In this document: piece by piece, positions 13,711 through 28,912 of the stretch
Position numbering within the stretch: position 1 is the stretch's first letter
How the letters are laid out: every line of letters begins with the position of its first letter
Origin: Eledone cirrhosa
Taxonomy: Eukaryota
Length of the DNA stretch: 64,000 bases
NCBI GenBank assembly: GCA_964016885.1
Contig: OZ024745.1
Location: 21,576,001-21,640,000, forward strand
Reading direction: 5' to 3'
Translations under genes and position numbers: made by a program
Notes under the pieces: generated by a model
Databases searched by the model: none
Told to the model about the DNA's origin: nothing
The model's input: the letters and a program-made list of their open reading frames with translations, nothing else

Positions 13711-14955
13711 CTACATTTTAAATTTAAATTTATATTTAAAAGTTGAGTTTAATCTATGTTTGCAGCAACTGAATAAATTTGTCCGTAGATTAAGGGAATT
13801 TTTAGATTTTAGTATAAAGAATATCTCCTCTGCGCAGAGGTCACATGTCTCAGAGGATGAATTAAAAGGAATCCCTCTTGAGATTATATTCCAAGCCGTC
13901 GAATATCTAACGTTATCTAGCTTAAGTTGCCAGAGTACGCCTGATAGTGCTGTTGAAGATTTTTTGCTTGGATCTGTGAAAGAATTCTTGTGGTTATTAT
14001 AGCGAAGTTTAAATTCCGTCGATGTGGAACCGACGTAGTTAAAAGAATTAGAGTCAGTTTTAACATTACAATTGTATATTATATTTTTAACTAAGCAGTT
14101 GTTATTTAACGGACATTTAGATCTATCTCTACAGTTACATTTGTTAACTTGTATATTATTTATGCTATTATCACTAGGTTTTAAGTTCCTATTATTTATT
14201 CTATTAATATTTTGTGCTAAATTTTTGGTGGATGAGTAGGTTAATTTTATAGTATGTCTATTGAAAATTGAGTGATACCTATGTGTTCTAGGGAAGCGAT
14301 TATCAAGAGCTTTAAAAAATAGTTTAGCGATGTGGGTTTCAATGTTTAGTGAGAAGGGGGGGGGGGGGGCAAACCAAATTATGTTCCTAGTTCTATTTCT
14401 TTTTTGGCTTTTGGAATTATTGTAATGCTTTCTATTATATTTGTTAAGGTTGTTGCCGTAATTAAAATAGTTGTTATTTTGTTTAGTTTGTCTATCATTA
14501 TCTATGTACATAATCTTATCACTATATCCTGCTCTAGCTAACGCTTCATTGTAGTACTGGGCTTTTTCGTCGAAAATCTTTCTATTAGACGAGATTCTAG
14601 AGATACGTTTTTGAACAGAGTTTACTATAGTGTTTTTGACAGATCTGGGGTGGTTAGAGTTAAAGCTGACATAGTTTAAGTTTTCATTCAACTTGTGAAA
14701 AGGATAGTGAAGACATGTGTTGAGATTTAATGTTATATCTAGGAAATTGACTATTCTATGGTTGTTCTCAATTTCTATTTTAAGATTAAAGTAATTAAAA
14801 AATTGTGTAATTTGTTTTCTTTTCCTATTTAGTTCAGAGTTATTATTATCAATAAGTAAAAGCATGTCATCTCTATATAAACCTCCGGTAGTACCAGGTA
14901 TTTTCCTATGTAGCGAATTGATTAAAAATAAGCCCACAAGGTCAGTTACCTGAGC
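13711..14955 (-). pseudogene. Penelope RT C-terminal half plus GIY-YIG endonuclease, 5'-truncated
   Basis: GGLYRDD catalytic motif, VNFLDITLNL, SNHP thumb region, CNC...CPL..NC linker, IIYNC...YVGST...FKLRYNNH, CDLC. Confidence 0.93.
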
Positions 14956-15107
14956 TCTTCTTTTTCTTCATTTTCTTTCTTTCTTTCCTTCTTTCTCTCT
15001 TTCTTTCTTTCTGTTTACAATTTTTCACTGCCAAATCAACTTTCTCAAATACAAGTCGATGTTGAACGGTATGTCAAATCTATTTATCTATAAAACTGTC
15101 TATATTG

Positions 15108-15173
15108 TATTTTGTCTGAGGAAGGCATAACATATTGTTAATATGATATCCCTGAAATATATATAATGAAATA
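15108..15173 (+). ncRNA. Type I hammerhead ribozyme
   Basis: Stem I UAUUUUGU/AUGAAAUA; CUGAGGA at 15116; stem II AGG..CAUAUU/AAUAUG..CCU; GAAA at 15154; palindromic stem III AUAUAUAU; AUA triplet. Confidence 0.8.
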
Positions 15174-15213
15174 AATATGGTTTTATAAATATAGTTTCCA
15201 TTTATTTAATATC

Positions 15214-15250
<37 letters not shown>

Positions 15251-15779
15251 GCCCTCGCTCTCTCTCTTTTTCTCTTTCTGTTCCATCGATCCCATTCCCA
15301 CTTTTCTCTTCTCTTTCTGTCCTCTTCCTCTCTCTCTCTCTCTCTCTCGCCCTCGCTCTCTCTTTTTCTCTTTCTGTTCCATCGATCCCATTCCCACTTT
15401 TCTCTTCTCTTTCTGTCCTCTTCCTCTCTCTCTCTCCCTCTCTCTCTCTCTCTCATTTAGACTCTCTTTCTTCCTTTCTCTCCCTCTCTATATGTGGTTA
15501 TATCTTAACCCAATTTTTTTCTATACATATAGTAATCAGCTGTTTATAGAGCTACCCATTGCACCGAGAAACCTACAATAACAAAAAAAAAAGAAAAAAA
15601 AGGGAAAAAAAAATGCTTTAGGAAGTTAACCACTATTATATTTGCAGTTGTGCTATTAAATACAATTGGTGTATTTTTCAATTTTTGTTGTGATTGATAT
15701 TTTTCGACGGTTCGTTTTAAAGCACGCAAGTCCTTTAAATCATGTGTAAGGAATTTCAAGGATTATAATTTGTTTGTAT

Positions 15780-16115
15780 GAGATCGGCTGAAAAGTTCAT
15801 AGGCTGATCAAGATAACCTCATGGAATGTCGTTTATTTATTTCTTAATGAAGTTTATTTTTCAACATAGTCCTTGGAAAGTAACAAAGTAATAAGAAAAG
15901 TTGAAATTAATATATGCAAGATTTCGCAGCTCTATCGTCACTCCTTCATAGGCTGACCAAGACATTCTCATGGATTGACCAAAAGAAGTTTATTTTTCAA
16001 CATACTCCCTTGGAAAAAGCAATAGTTATGAAAAAGAATAGTTGAAATTAATGCATGCAAGATTTCACAGCTCTAGCATGACTCCTTCCTAGTCAGCCTA
16101 TGAATTCTTCTGCCT
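15780..16115. mobile_element. Mariner-derived MITE with internal duplication
   Basis: ggctgaaaagttcataggctga ... tcagcctatgaattcttctgcc; a ~150-bp unit is duplicated. Confidence 0.55.
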
Positions 16116-16334
16116 GGCTTCGTTTTTTGTTTCAATGTGTTCTTGAGTGTTGGTTTCGTAAAAGAATCTTCTCCAGCACATTTTTTGGGGGTGATACCAT
16201 CCTTTTATTTATCACCCGTTTAGTGTAGATGTTAACTGGTGGTGTATAAACATATACATACATAGACACACACATATACATATATATGTATGTGTATGCA
16301 CCCCCACCCCACCCCCACACACACATATATAAAT

Positions 16335-16440
16335 AATTGTTTCTACTTTTGGCACAAGGCCAGCAATTACCCAGTGCATTACTGGTACTTTATTTTATCG
16401 ACCCCGTAAGGATGAAAGGCAAAGTTAACCTCGGCGGGAT
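16335..16440 (-). mobile_element. Partial tRNA-SINE (Meta-domain-like family)
   Basis: Contains the reverse complement of gcctttcatccttacggggtcgataaaataaagtaccag, shared by more than 10 copies in the window. Confidence 0.8.
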
Positions 16441-16825
16441 ATATAAATAATGTTTAATATAGAAATGGGTATACATATCTCTATCTATCTATCTATCTAT
16501 ATATCTATCTATCTATCTATCTCTCTTTCTGTCTGACGTGTGGTACATCGCCGGTAAGTTTTTTGTTAATTTCTATGCAATAAACCGATCTAATTGTTTG
16601 AAAAAATACAACACTTTGTAGATTAACCCCCAAGCTGAATTGTCAGCTGGGTGGTAATCCCATTTTTCGCCCCTGTAAGGGCGAACATTTTATTTTAAAA
16701 ATTTGCTTTAAAATATCAGATTTTACAAAGTAAAAAACCTGAGCGACACTAGAACGCTGGAGATCGTTAATAGAGAAAAGAGAGAGAAAGAGGCAGATAT
16801 TAACGTTATATCTGCTTCTGCTACT

Positions 16826-18626
16826 ATGGACGTCGCCATAGATACAACTGTCACAAAAGAAAAAATATATTAACATTTGAAAATTTTACAATTTCTACCG
16901 CCGAAGCGGAGAAAAATAACAATAACACACAGGAAAACACAGCAAAAACACCCATTGACATACATACACATGAAAAAGACATCAACAACTCTACAGATAC
17001 ATCTACACATAAAGTTTCACCTCGACAAGGAACTGAAATTTCCAACAACGATAACAACATCATCAACAGCAACACTACACAACAAAAGAAAATGTCTTTC
17101 GCTGAATCAGTGATCATAAAACAAGATTTTATAAATCTTGATATCTCCAACGCAAGAGATATGCTCCAGCAAGGGAGAAAATGTGTAACTTTCGAAGAAA
17201 GAGGTGGGTTTAGAATTAACTCACCCCTTGAAATAAAGGAAGACACAAACCGCCGATCAGTCACTTTTAGGACTGTGTCAAATTCGACAAGAAAGCCGAC
17301 ATTTGTTAATCAAGCAGATATAGAAGATTCTTTCAAGGAAATTCTAGCAAATGTCGAGGAAAACAGTACGGAAGTGTTTCCGTACTGTTTAAAAGCGAGA
17401 CACTCGCCCAAAAAAACTCTGTGACACCAATAGTGTCAAAAGCATACACCTTTTTCCCTACATACATGGGGAAAAGGAAACAAAAAATAAAAATAAAAAA
17501 CATACCTCCAAACATTAACATCTGGTGGGTCTTGGCTGGCTTCGTAGAGCCAGAAACAGACAGAATACTTTCGATACGAACATCTATTCGACAAAGGTGG
17601 GCGGGCACCTATTTGGAGATTCTGTTGCAAATGAAACCGGAGAGAATCTCCAAAATACCCGAAAGAGTCGTTATTGATAATAACAACAACATAAACATTT
17701 CGGTAGAAGGACGAAAATGTCATTGCTTTCGCTGTGGTAGCACAGCTCACCTAAAAGCCTCTTGTCCACAAACACACAACAACAACATCATGAAAAAAAC
17801 GCTATTACCAACACCAACACCAAAACAACCACCACCACCACAAGTACAACGACAGACGAAACGAGCAACCACACCAAAACAAACAGACACTCAACCAACA
17901 ACATCAGAAAAAACAGAGACAACACCCCTGAAGAACACTTCCCCACTCCATCCCACTCCATCAAACACTACCACAAACACACATACCGAAACACCACCAC
18001 CACCACACAACATACTCTTACCCCACACACCTGACGATGATTATTCATCGACGGATGAAGCTGCTTCTCCTTCTTTAAGTGAAGAAGAGGGAGAACCGCG
18101 GAAATCTAAAAAACAAAAAAAGAGAGACCACAAAACCCCCAAAACTCCAATCAAGAACACCAACACACAACCACAGACACAAACAACAGCACAAACAACA
18201 CCACAGTCAAACATCCCCCTATCAGCAAAACCAGCACCAACACCACCCCAAACACAAGCACCCACCATAAAAAGAAAACTCCCGGATGAACAACAAACTA
18301 AAACAACACAACAAAAACACAAACAACAATACGCATACATCAACACAAACAACAAGAGTTTGATGGAGGTCATCTCCCAAAACCCCAAGGTGGAGACGGA
18401 GGGCAAAACTTTCGTCAAGGCAGAATCGTCTCCACACCTTAAACTTATAAGGGTTTCTATGGAAACCTATAAAGACCTAAAAATTAAATTTTCACAGGAT
18501 GTGAGCAACCCCTGCCACAAACCCATCAACCGCGTCCTGTTGAAATGTTTCCCCACCCCACCCAACACCCCATCCAGCACCCAAATTGAGATTGAACAAT
18601 CCGATCTCCAGGAAACGAAAAGGTAA
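16826..18626 (+). pseudogene. LINE ORF1 (gag-like zinc knuckle, Pro/Thr-rich), frameshifted
   Basis: ATG at 16826; frameshifts near 16865 and 17415; CFRCGSTAHLKASC knuckle. Confidence 0.8.
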
Positions 18627-18667
18627 GTGCACCTTTTGTCCTTTTTCTCCAACTTTTCTTCACCAAC

Positions 18668-21600
18668 ATGGCTGGTGGTTTACGAGTTGGAACCGTGAAT
18701 GTGCGTAGCCTAGGGATGCCCTGGAAACAGGGCCAACATTTAAACGACCTTAGGTCACACAGTATGGATGTGATAGCCATCACCGAGTCCAGGATCCACA
18801 ACAGGCAGCAACTAACCCCCATCTTCGACGACTTTGAGATCTACGCATCTCTCTGTCAGCCAGGAGGTGGAGGTGGAGTGGCTGTTATGTTTCGGAAGAA
18901 CCTGGACGTCGGAGTACAGCAAGTACACTTGGACCCGGAGGGTAGACTGGTAGTCCTAGACGTGAACAGTATCGGAGGTGGAGCCTTCAGACTGGTGGTC
19001 GTTTATGCCCCGACCGGGCAATCGCAATCACGGCCAGACTTCTTTAAGCGTCTAGAGTCTTTTCTGGGAACGTCTCGCTCCTTACTTTTAGTGGGGGACT
19101 GGAATGGTATCCTAGATGCACGATGGGACTATGTGGGAGCATGTCCCAGTAGAGCGGGGTGCAACAGCCTCAAAACTTTAATCGGCCAATTCCAACTGGC
19201 CGATAGGTATCGACTGGATTTCCCGACTGCTCCACAGTGGACGTGGGTAAACCGCAGTGGGACATCTAGATCGTATTTAGATAGGTTCTTCATTAGAAAA
19301 AGGGACAAGGAGATGTTAAGCTGTCCACAAATGCAGATGGTTGCCTATTCAGATCACAAGTTAGTCGTCTGCTTAGTCAACCGTGATAGAATACATAGAC
19401 AGGGTCCCGGATACTGGAAGCTGAACGTGTCGTTGCCGGCACGTAAAGCTTACAGTGAACGGATAAGTAGACTAGTCAAGCAACAGTTAACGGGAGCCAT
19501 CGTCAACAATAGATGGTGGTACTCTCTCAAGAAAGCAATTAGAATAGAATCGATAGGGTATAGCAGAGAGTTAGCCTTAGAGAAAAACAGAATATAAAGA
19601 GAACTAGTAGCCAAGGTAGAGGAGGCACTTAGAAGTGGCAACGCGGCTAGAGTGTTAGCGTCGAGAACGGCACTGGACCAGTTCTTCGATGCGAAACACG
19701 AAGGCTGCGTGGTCAGAAGCAAAACACGTGCTCTAGGAAACGAAGGAGCGAAAGCTGTCAGCTGGGCCCGAGTGGCGGAGGCAAAAAGTGGCAACAAGTC
19801 CACGATTCGGTCTTTGAAAGACCAAAACGGACGCGTGCTACTTGACCCCAAGCAAATGTGCGCGGCCTTTCAGCGGCACTTTGCGCGGCTGTTTGAGCAG
19901 AACGACGGTGAGCCGAACGGGGCAATGGACTTTAGTTCATACCTCGACGGCCTGCCGCGTCTCTCGAACACGGACGCCGAGTTCTGCGAAAGACCGATCA
20001 CAGACACTGAGATACGGGACGTTCTGGGCCGCTGCGGGAAACGAAAGTCACCCGGTCTAGATGGTCTACCCTACGAATTTTACATAGGCATGCCGGACTT
20101 GTTCTCTGGCGTCCTTGAAGCCGTCTACTGCAATTGGCAGCAGAACGGGAGAATTCCCAGTTCTGCAGGCAAGGGCGTAGTAACGCTGATCAGGAAAGAC
20201 GAGAACAAGGGGGACGAAATTAACAACTTCAGGCCCATAACTCTGCTCAACACAGAATTAAAGATTTTGGCCAAGGTGCTAGCGACGAGGTTGGCGCTTG
20301 TCGTCGAAAACCTGGTAGGGAAAGCGCAAACGTGTGCAATCCCGACCAGGTCCATACACGACAACCTCCACCTCATGCGATACATCATAGAGAGGGTGGG
20401 TAGTAAACCCGGCTTAGGTGGCGCTCTGATCAACTTGGATCAGTCTAAGGCATTCGATAGGGTCGACCATCGATACTTGGAAGCGGTTCTCAAGGCGGCC
20501 GGTTTCGGTCCCGTGTTCAGAGGACGGATCAAGGCGATGCACACCAGCACCTGCTCGAGGGTCAAGGTGAACGGCTACCTATCGGAGCCGTTCGCAATCA
20601 CGCGTTCCATTCGATAGGGATGCCCTCTCTCCTCCATTCTGTATGTATTGACTCTAGAGTCACTACTGCGGAAATTGGAGCTGTTGCAGGGCATCCCCCT
20701 AGAACCGGGACTGCGCAAAGCGGCGTCGGCTTATGCCGACGACGTAACGGTAATGGTGTCGAGCACCTCGGAAATCGGGGTGATCGGCAACTTACTGAAA
20801 GAATACGAAACGCTGACGGGAGCAAAACTAAACCCAGACAAGTCTGTCGGCTTGCAACTCGGTACGTGGAGAGGCAAACCGATGACATCCGACAGCGTCG
20901 TTGGACGCTGGACGGACGGACCGGTGAAATTGCTCAGGATCTGGTTCGGTCCAGACCTCCAGGTGGAGAAAAACTGGAACGAGGTCACGGCCAAGGTGTT
21001 TGCACTCACCCAGAAGTGGGCAGAGTGCAAAATGTCCTTGAAAGATCGAGCGGAGGTGGCGAACACTTTCATAGCGTCCGTCATCTACTACCGCTTGACT
21101 GTCGTGCCTTGTCCCCGTGAACACCTCGCCAAGATGGAGCGCATGCTCTTCCAGTTTCTGTGGAAGCAGCAGGCTCCGCTGGTGAGGAGATCCGTCTGCT
21201 GTCAGCACCCTTCCAACGGAGGGCTGGGAATGCCGTGGCTGATGATGCGCAAACATGCGCTGATGCTGCGGCATCTCCAGGTATTCCTCACCGACACCCA
21301 ACCTGTGTGGGCACCGTTTGTGAGACAGGCTTTCCCACAGCTCGTCTCGCTAACGGAGCTGCAGTCCTGGGTGAAGAAAAGACCGAAAACGATGGGCGCC
21401 TGGCACATTGAATGCGCTCAGGCGCTCAGTCCTCTGGCAAGCGGGCGCAGCAATCAGTGGATACTCCACTTCGACATTCTATAGAGGGATTGTACGTTAC
21501 AAGGGCGACGACGTGCTCGGAGAGACTCTGGGCGTCGAAGACGATGAGCTCACCAGTATGTTTGGTAGGACTTTCCGCCCGGGACCTATGGACAACTTCC

Positions 21601-22115
21601 AGAGGTCCCTGGCCTGGCAATGCTACCGAGGAGCTCTACCGGTTCGTGACAAGATCTACAGGCACGGACGCCCTGGCAGGGATCCTTCCAAGAGGACGTG
21701 TCCAAGATGTGCGCAGGACATTGAAACAGTTCTGCACGCAATTGTACACTGCCCGGGCGTAAGCGACCTGTGGAACTATGCAGAACAACTGCTGTCGCGT
21801 ATGGGACAAATCCAGTTGACTGCCGAGTCCATAGTAAGGATCAAACCGCCAGCCTCTTTCAAAAACGAAAGAGGTGCGTTTTTCCTCTGTACGGTGGCTA
21901 TGGTGAAAGAAGTTATATGGTGGACGAGGTTGAGAGGACTGTGGACAGATGCCTTTCTCTCTGGACAACAATTGATTCCCTTCTTTAAGTATCACTTTAG
22001 AAGGAGAATCAGGGTGGAGAGAGAGGCACTGCACCCCAGTAAATTTACTGAAAGGTGGGTGAATGAAGCGAAAATGGCCCGAGTGATTGGGCCTTCTCTG
22101 TTTATAAGCCTGTAG
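18668..22115 (+). pseudogene. LINE ORF2: AP endonuclease, reverse transcriptase, C-terminal zinc finger
   Basis: TVNVRSL, AITES, GDWN, YLDRF, SDH; KSPGLDG, FRPITLLN, DQSKAFDRVDH, R*GCPLSP, YADD at 20732; CPRC..ETVLHAIVHC. Stops at 19595 and 20615; frameshifts near 20635 and 21435. Confidence 0.95.
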
Positions 22116-22395
22116 GTTGAGGAAGAGAGCAAAAGGAAGAAAGGAGCACTTGCACAACACGCTCCTGGAGTTGAGGGTTGTTCTATCGACGGGGTATTAA
22201 ACAACCCATTTGTGGCGCCTCCCCCCTATTGGGGATTTCGATTGTTGAAATTGTTTGTTTTTATAATTTTTACACGACTGTATGTAAAATCCCCGGCATG
22301 TCTTTGTATTGTCCCCTTTTCTTGTTGCGCCCTTGTGGCTAATAAAGAAATCTATCTATCCATCTATCTATCTCCCTCTCTCCCTCTCCCTCTCG

Positions 22396-23100
<705 letters not shown>

Positions 23101-23939
23101 GTGATCGATATATATATATATAGAATTTTTCTGTACCATATGGTAACTCGGTAACCTTTTCATTCAAAGCTTCATTCACACTTACCTCTGTGGTTCCTTT
23201 CCCTGGCCACGAACAACTTCGTTGAATGAAATAATATCGAACCAAGCCATCTCCTTTTTTTTTTTTTAGAATTGTGTTTAGAATTGTTATGTTTGTTGTT
23301 ATTTTTTGTGGAAAATTTACTTTAATCAAGTAAAAAGCACGTATGAAACCAAGCGAGACAACATGCAACTAGCAACCAACTAGTAATACATAAGGGCATA
23401 AGTGGCATTTCAATCAAAGCTTATTTCTCAAAGCATTACAACCCATCCTTTCCAGTTGTCTTCATACAACAAGGATTCAATGATGTCACGCAGTCTACAA
23501 ATTATTCGAAAATCCATTTTGAAGATATTTCGCTGTAACCTTATTATGCACATCTAAGCCGTACGTTGCGTGCAGGTACAGGTTAGATGCATTCTTCAAT
23601 GTGCAGCTATCTATACAAAAGCGAGATGCGTGAAATAACTTGAAATGTATGAACACACTGAAGAGTACCGGCAACTGGGCAGTTGCAGCAACAGCAGTAG
23701 CAGTAGCTGCAGCAGTAGCAGTAGCTGCAGCAGTAGAAGCAGCACATTTGTGAAAAAACAACAACAGAATCTGCAGTTGCAACAACATAACTACCAGTAA
23801 CAACAGCAAGCACACTAAATGCAGTTATATATATCTCTAAAAACGATATATATATATATTATCAGTAATGTACTGGGTAATTGGTGGCCTTGTGCCTAAA
23901 ATAGAAACAATTATATATTATATATTATATAATATATAT

Positions 23940-24105
<166 letters not shown>

Positions 24106-24253
24106 TACTTATACAGGATTAGAAATGTTTCATTTGCATGAAATTATTCGTATGAAATCATCAGGACATTCTTGAAGGATTTTATACGAAGTAAACAATA
24201 CTAGTCCTGTAGAAATCATTTATTTATATATAAATATATATATATATTTATTG

Positions 24254-24339
<86 letters not shown>

Positions 24340-24759
24340 CGAAATGAGTTGTGTGGCTACTGTAAACAATGTTTAAGATGGTAATATAGACGAAACAAGA
24401 GACGAAATTCTTCATCAGCTGTAAACCGAGATCATAGATGTTTCGGCGCTTAATACAGGACATCAAAAAACGATCAGCGGCGCGCCCAAGGCCTTTTATC
24501 GTTCAAAAGTCAAGGAGGGAAAGAAAGAAAAAAGAAGAAGAAAAAAGGGAAAAATAGTGAGGAGAGAGGAAGAAAGAGAAAAATCAGGTAAACAGGCCAA
24601 ATGGTAGGGGGCATAGGACAATGGAACATGCAAGTGAGTAACCGAGGAAAAAATAGAATGGAATAAGTTATAACGAACTGATTAAACTTAAGTCTGGTGG
24701 TGCGATAACAGGAGCCCAATTGTACCGTAGAATCTCAATCGAAGTGTGGGTAGAGAGAG

Positions 24760-24845
<86 letters not shown>

Positions 24846-25119
24846 CGAGAGAGAGGAAACAGAGGAAGAGAGAGAAGGGGAGAGTCGATATGAAAGCGTG
24901 GTGGGATATATATATATATATATGTATATAATATTATCACTATATTCTACCAATATATCGAGTACCTTTGTCAACTGTGGTTGTCCCCCCACCGACACAA
25001 CTTGTGGTTCTACATATATATGTAGGTAGGTATTAGTCGATATGAGACAAAGTTAATAAATGCTCAATCTAGTACAAGAGAGCTTATTTAGTTTTTATTA
25101 ATTTTCATACACTTACTAA

Positions 25120-25310
25120 TTATTTGTTTCTACTTTAGGCACAAGGCCAGCAATTAACCAGTGCATTACTGGTACTTTATTTTATCGACCCCGTAAGGAT
25201 GAAAGGCAAAGTCAACCTCGGCGGGATTTGAACTCAGATCGTAAAGGGACGTAACTATGCTGGAAAGCATGGCGTCCGACCCTCTACCGATACTGCCAAT
25301 CCACCGCCAT
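25120..25310 (-). mobile_element. Full-length tRNA-SINE (Meta-domain-like family)
   Basis: Minus strand: ggattggcagtatcggtag, B box gagttcaaatcc, central gcctttcatcc...gtcgataaaataaagtaccag. Confidence 0.85.
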
Positions 25311-27419
25311 ACACTTACTAATTATGGTTATACCTTAGGTTTGAGGGTTCAGTTATGGACACAACTATTTCGTGGAGTAGCGGCTTAAAAACTGGCCTCT
25401 ATCATACGCGCGTGTACGAGTGTGGGTCTCATTCTCCAGTAAAATTCTACAATAATTATACCACCAGTTACTATCCTGTCCTTATACTATCTTACTATAC
25501 TGTCCTCAACTAACGCGACAATATGACCTATAAAATGCAGTCTGGTACTAAAACACTCCATTGTTTATTTTTTAAATGTTGCCCTACACTAACAGCATAC
25601 AATATTATCTTCTATTAACTTCTGGCAAAAAAAAAAGAAACCGTTAGTATTGCCTCGCTCAATATAACATCTATTGTTGTCTTATCAAGTGCGTGTGTGT
25701 GTTGATGATATTTAAACAAACACACTTTCACAAAAACTACTTCCCTACATAAATTAATATTTTGTATGTTGATAGCTTTTTTCCTAGTTTTATTTAAATG
25801 TTTCTTTGTCTTTTGGCGGTGAAATTGCTGTCACTCCTAACTTCCAGTCTACGAATCGGGAGGTTGGGGCTGGGAGGTCATCCAAATCTATGGCAGGATT
25901 CATTCAATATACAAAATAATTAAGAAAAAATAATTTAAAACAAAACTTGTTAGGAAAAAGTATTTCAAGCCATAAATACTCTCAGGAAACAAATACATAA
26001 AAATTGCACATACATACACTGACATATATGCACAAGCATACTCTTACATACACTTGCATATAGTCTTATACAAACATACATTCACATATACATACACTTA
26101 CAGATACATACACTTACATATACATACACTTACATATACATACACTTACATATACATACACTTACATACACTCACATATTCACATGGATACACATATATA
26201 CACAGGTATACACATACATACACTCATATATACTCAAGCATACACAAGCATACATTCATGTATAGATATTCATATACATATACACATATACACTCACATA
26301 TACACAGTCATATACATACATACACTCATATATAGAGAGTCATATACATACATACATACACTCACATATACACAAGCATACAAATACATACACTCTCGAT
26401 TACACATTCATATACATACATACACTCACATCTACACAGGCATACACATAGATCCACTCAAGTATGCACATACATACACTAACATATACGCTAACATATT
26501 CATACATACACATACGCATACACAAGCATATACATAGATACATTCCTATATACACAGTCATATGCATACGTACACTCTTGTATACAGTGTCATATACACA
26601 CATACACTTACAAACAAGTATACACATACTTACACTCACATATACACAGAAATATACATTCATACACACTTATACACAGGCTTATACATACATACACTCT
26701 CTCAAACACACAGATATACATACACACTGTATCACCTACTCTCATACACATACACATGATCACTTGCACACACACGTGCGATCAACTACACACAGACACA
26801 CGTGCGATCACCTACACACACACACGTACGATTACCTACACCCATACACACACCTCTCCCCACCACACACATATCCCCACCTTTCCCCACCTCTCACCGT
26901 CACCCACCTATCCCCACCACCCACCTATCCTCTCCTATCCCCACCACCCACCTATCCCCGCCACCCACCTATCCCCACCACCCACCTACCCTAGAAGACA
27001 TACAATACAAATATATTAAACATTAACAATAAATGACAGGTAACAGAAACAGAAAAGGTCTTTAAAAAAATACTTAAAATGGCGACGAGAAATGTGGAAG
27101 ACGGAACGACGATGAAATGGCCAGAGAAAGCTCTATATATGGCCTGTTTCACATATCGTTAAATAGACTTTATTGTCACAAACAACATAAGACATCGATG
27201 GCAAGACTTAAATTACAAAAAAAAACAATAACAACAAAGCAAAAAGCAAACAAATGAAAAGGCAGTAATTCGTACTGAGTTCATAAATTCTACATATAAT
27301 AGCATTTGAAGTGGTGGGGTGTAAAGAAGTCCCTTAAGTTAGGAGAGAGAGGGGGGAGGAAGAGAACGGGAAGAGAGACGGGGGAGAGAGGGAGGAAGAG
27401 AGAGAGGAGGAGTAGAATA

Positions 27420-27474
<55 letters not shown>

Positions 27475-27627
27475 AGGAAGAGAAAGGCAAGAGAGACGGG
27501 GGAGAGAGGGAGGAAGAGAGAGGGGAGGGAGGGGTAGAATCAGATAGATAGAGAGAGAGAGAGAGGGAGACTGTGAGAGATGTGGAAAGGCAGCTATGGC
27601 AGATTGAGAGAAGTAGACTCAGAGAGA

Positions 27628-27680
<53 letters not shown>

Positions 27681-28156
27681 GAGAGAGACATACACATACG
27701 CACATAGACACACAAGCACTAAAACAAACATAAATAGAAAGATAGAGAGAGAGAGAGTGAGAGAGAAAGAGAGAGAGAGAGATGTGGAAAGGCAGACATG
27801 ACAGTTAAAGACAGCTAGATTCAGAGACAGAAACACATACACACACATACACACACATACACACACATAAACATAGAAACACAAAGATAAAAAGTAGAGA
27901 GAGGGGGAGGGGGAGAGGGAGAGAGAGAATGTGCAACAACAGTATGAATGTAATTATAGGTCATCTAGGAGCTTTCTTTTTCCAAATATATATTTTTTTT
28001 TGGGGGGGGGGGAGTAAGGAATGATAAATAGAGAGACTTAGACTCAGAAAGAGACAGAGACGCACACACATACACAAACACACGCACACAAACATAAACA
28101 CACACACACACTCAAACACAAACACACAGACACACACAAACACACACATATATGTA

Positions 28157-28287
28157 TATTTCTGAAGACGGCGGGTAGAGAAGACGTATGTATATTTTCT
28201 TACTTTGATAATTTGTAATATATTTTACATCGATCACTAATAGAGTGAACATACGGAGAACTACCCCCCAGAAACGATCGTAAAATA
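28157..28287 (+). ncRNA. Type I hammerhead ribozyme with ~100-nt extended stem II
   Basis: Stem I UAUUU/AAAUA; CUGAAGA at 28162; GGGUAG/CUACCC and CGUAUGU/ACAUACG pairings; GAAA at 28271; palindromic ACGAUCGU; GUA triplet. Confidence 0.7.
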
Positions 28288-28687
28288 ATGAGTTTTACTG
28301 TGAATTACCCGTATTTTGTTTAATTTCATTGTTTTCACTATTTGTATTATATATAGAGATAGGGAAACCTAGAGAAAAAGAGAAAAAAGGAGAGAAAATA
28401 GAAAGCATGCCCATTAAGAATTTGATTATAGTTTCGTCTCATCTAGGGGCCACTTCTTTCCAAATAAGTTTCTTTTTAAATCTCATGCTCTACTTCCAGC
28501 ATACCCTTAAAAAAGAGCACACCAATGTGACTGATGCCTTCTCTCGTTGACTAAAACGTTAAAAAGAAAATATAACTGTACGAACCTAATCCGTCAGACA
28601 TGCCTCTGATATCTGATGAATTTGTTTATAAGATATAATTCAATATCTGAACTCTCTCTCTCTGACACAACGGGTCTAAAAACATCT

Positions 28688-28912
28688 GATTGATAAAATG
28701 ACAAGTCAGTCAATCATATTGGTGGCCTCCCCACAGCCCCGGCGGACATAATGGAGAAGGCGTTTCCTCGGACTCGGAGGACGGCAAGAGAGACTCGCTG
28801 GAAAAAAAGGCCAGCTCAGCGCCTATGGTGGTGAGTAGGGAGGTAGCTCTAGGGCCAAGGACACCAGAAGTCTTCACTGCCAAGGGTACAACCGCAAACC
28901 TGTCGGAGTGGC
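28688..28912. repeat. Unclassified GC-rich dispersed repeat (second copy 55112-55360)
   Basis: tgataaaatgacaagtcagtcaatcatattggtggcctccccacagccccggcg...gccaagggtacaaccgcaaacct is present in both. Confidence 0.8.

Larger units (their letters stand above)
16525..22350 (+). mobile_element. Near-full-length L1/Tx1-clade LINE, inactivated
   Basis: 5' UTR, ORF1 with CCHC knuckle, ORF2 with APE, RT and zinc finger, 3' UTR ending aataaagaaa; (TCTA)n on both flanks. Confidence 0.93.

Noticed and set aside
19450-22204. Antisense and alternative-frame ORFs over LINE ORF2
   Set aside because: Shadow frames of a GC-richer coding region.
28610-28650. Isolated CUGAUGA (also CUGAAGA at ~30659)
   Set aside because: No stem II, GAAA and stem I in the correct arrangement; not counted as an HHR.
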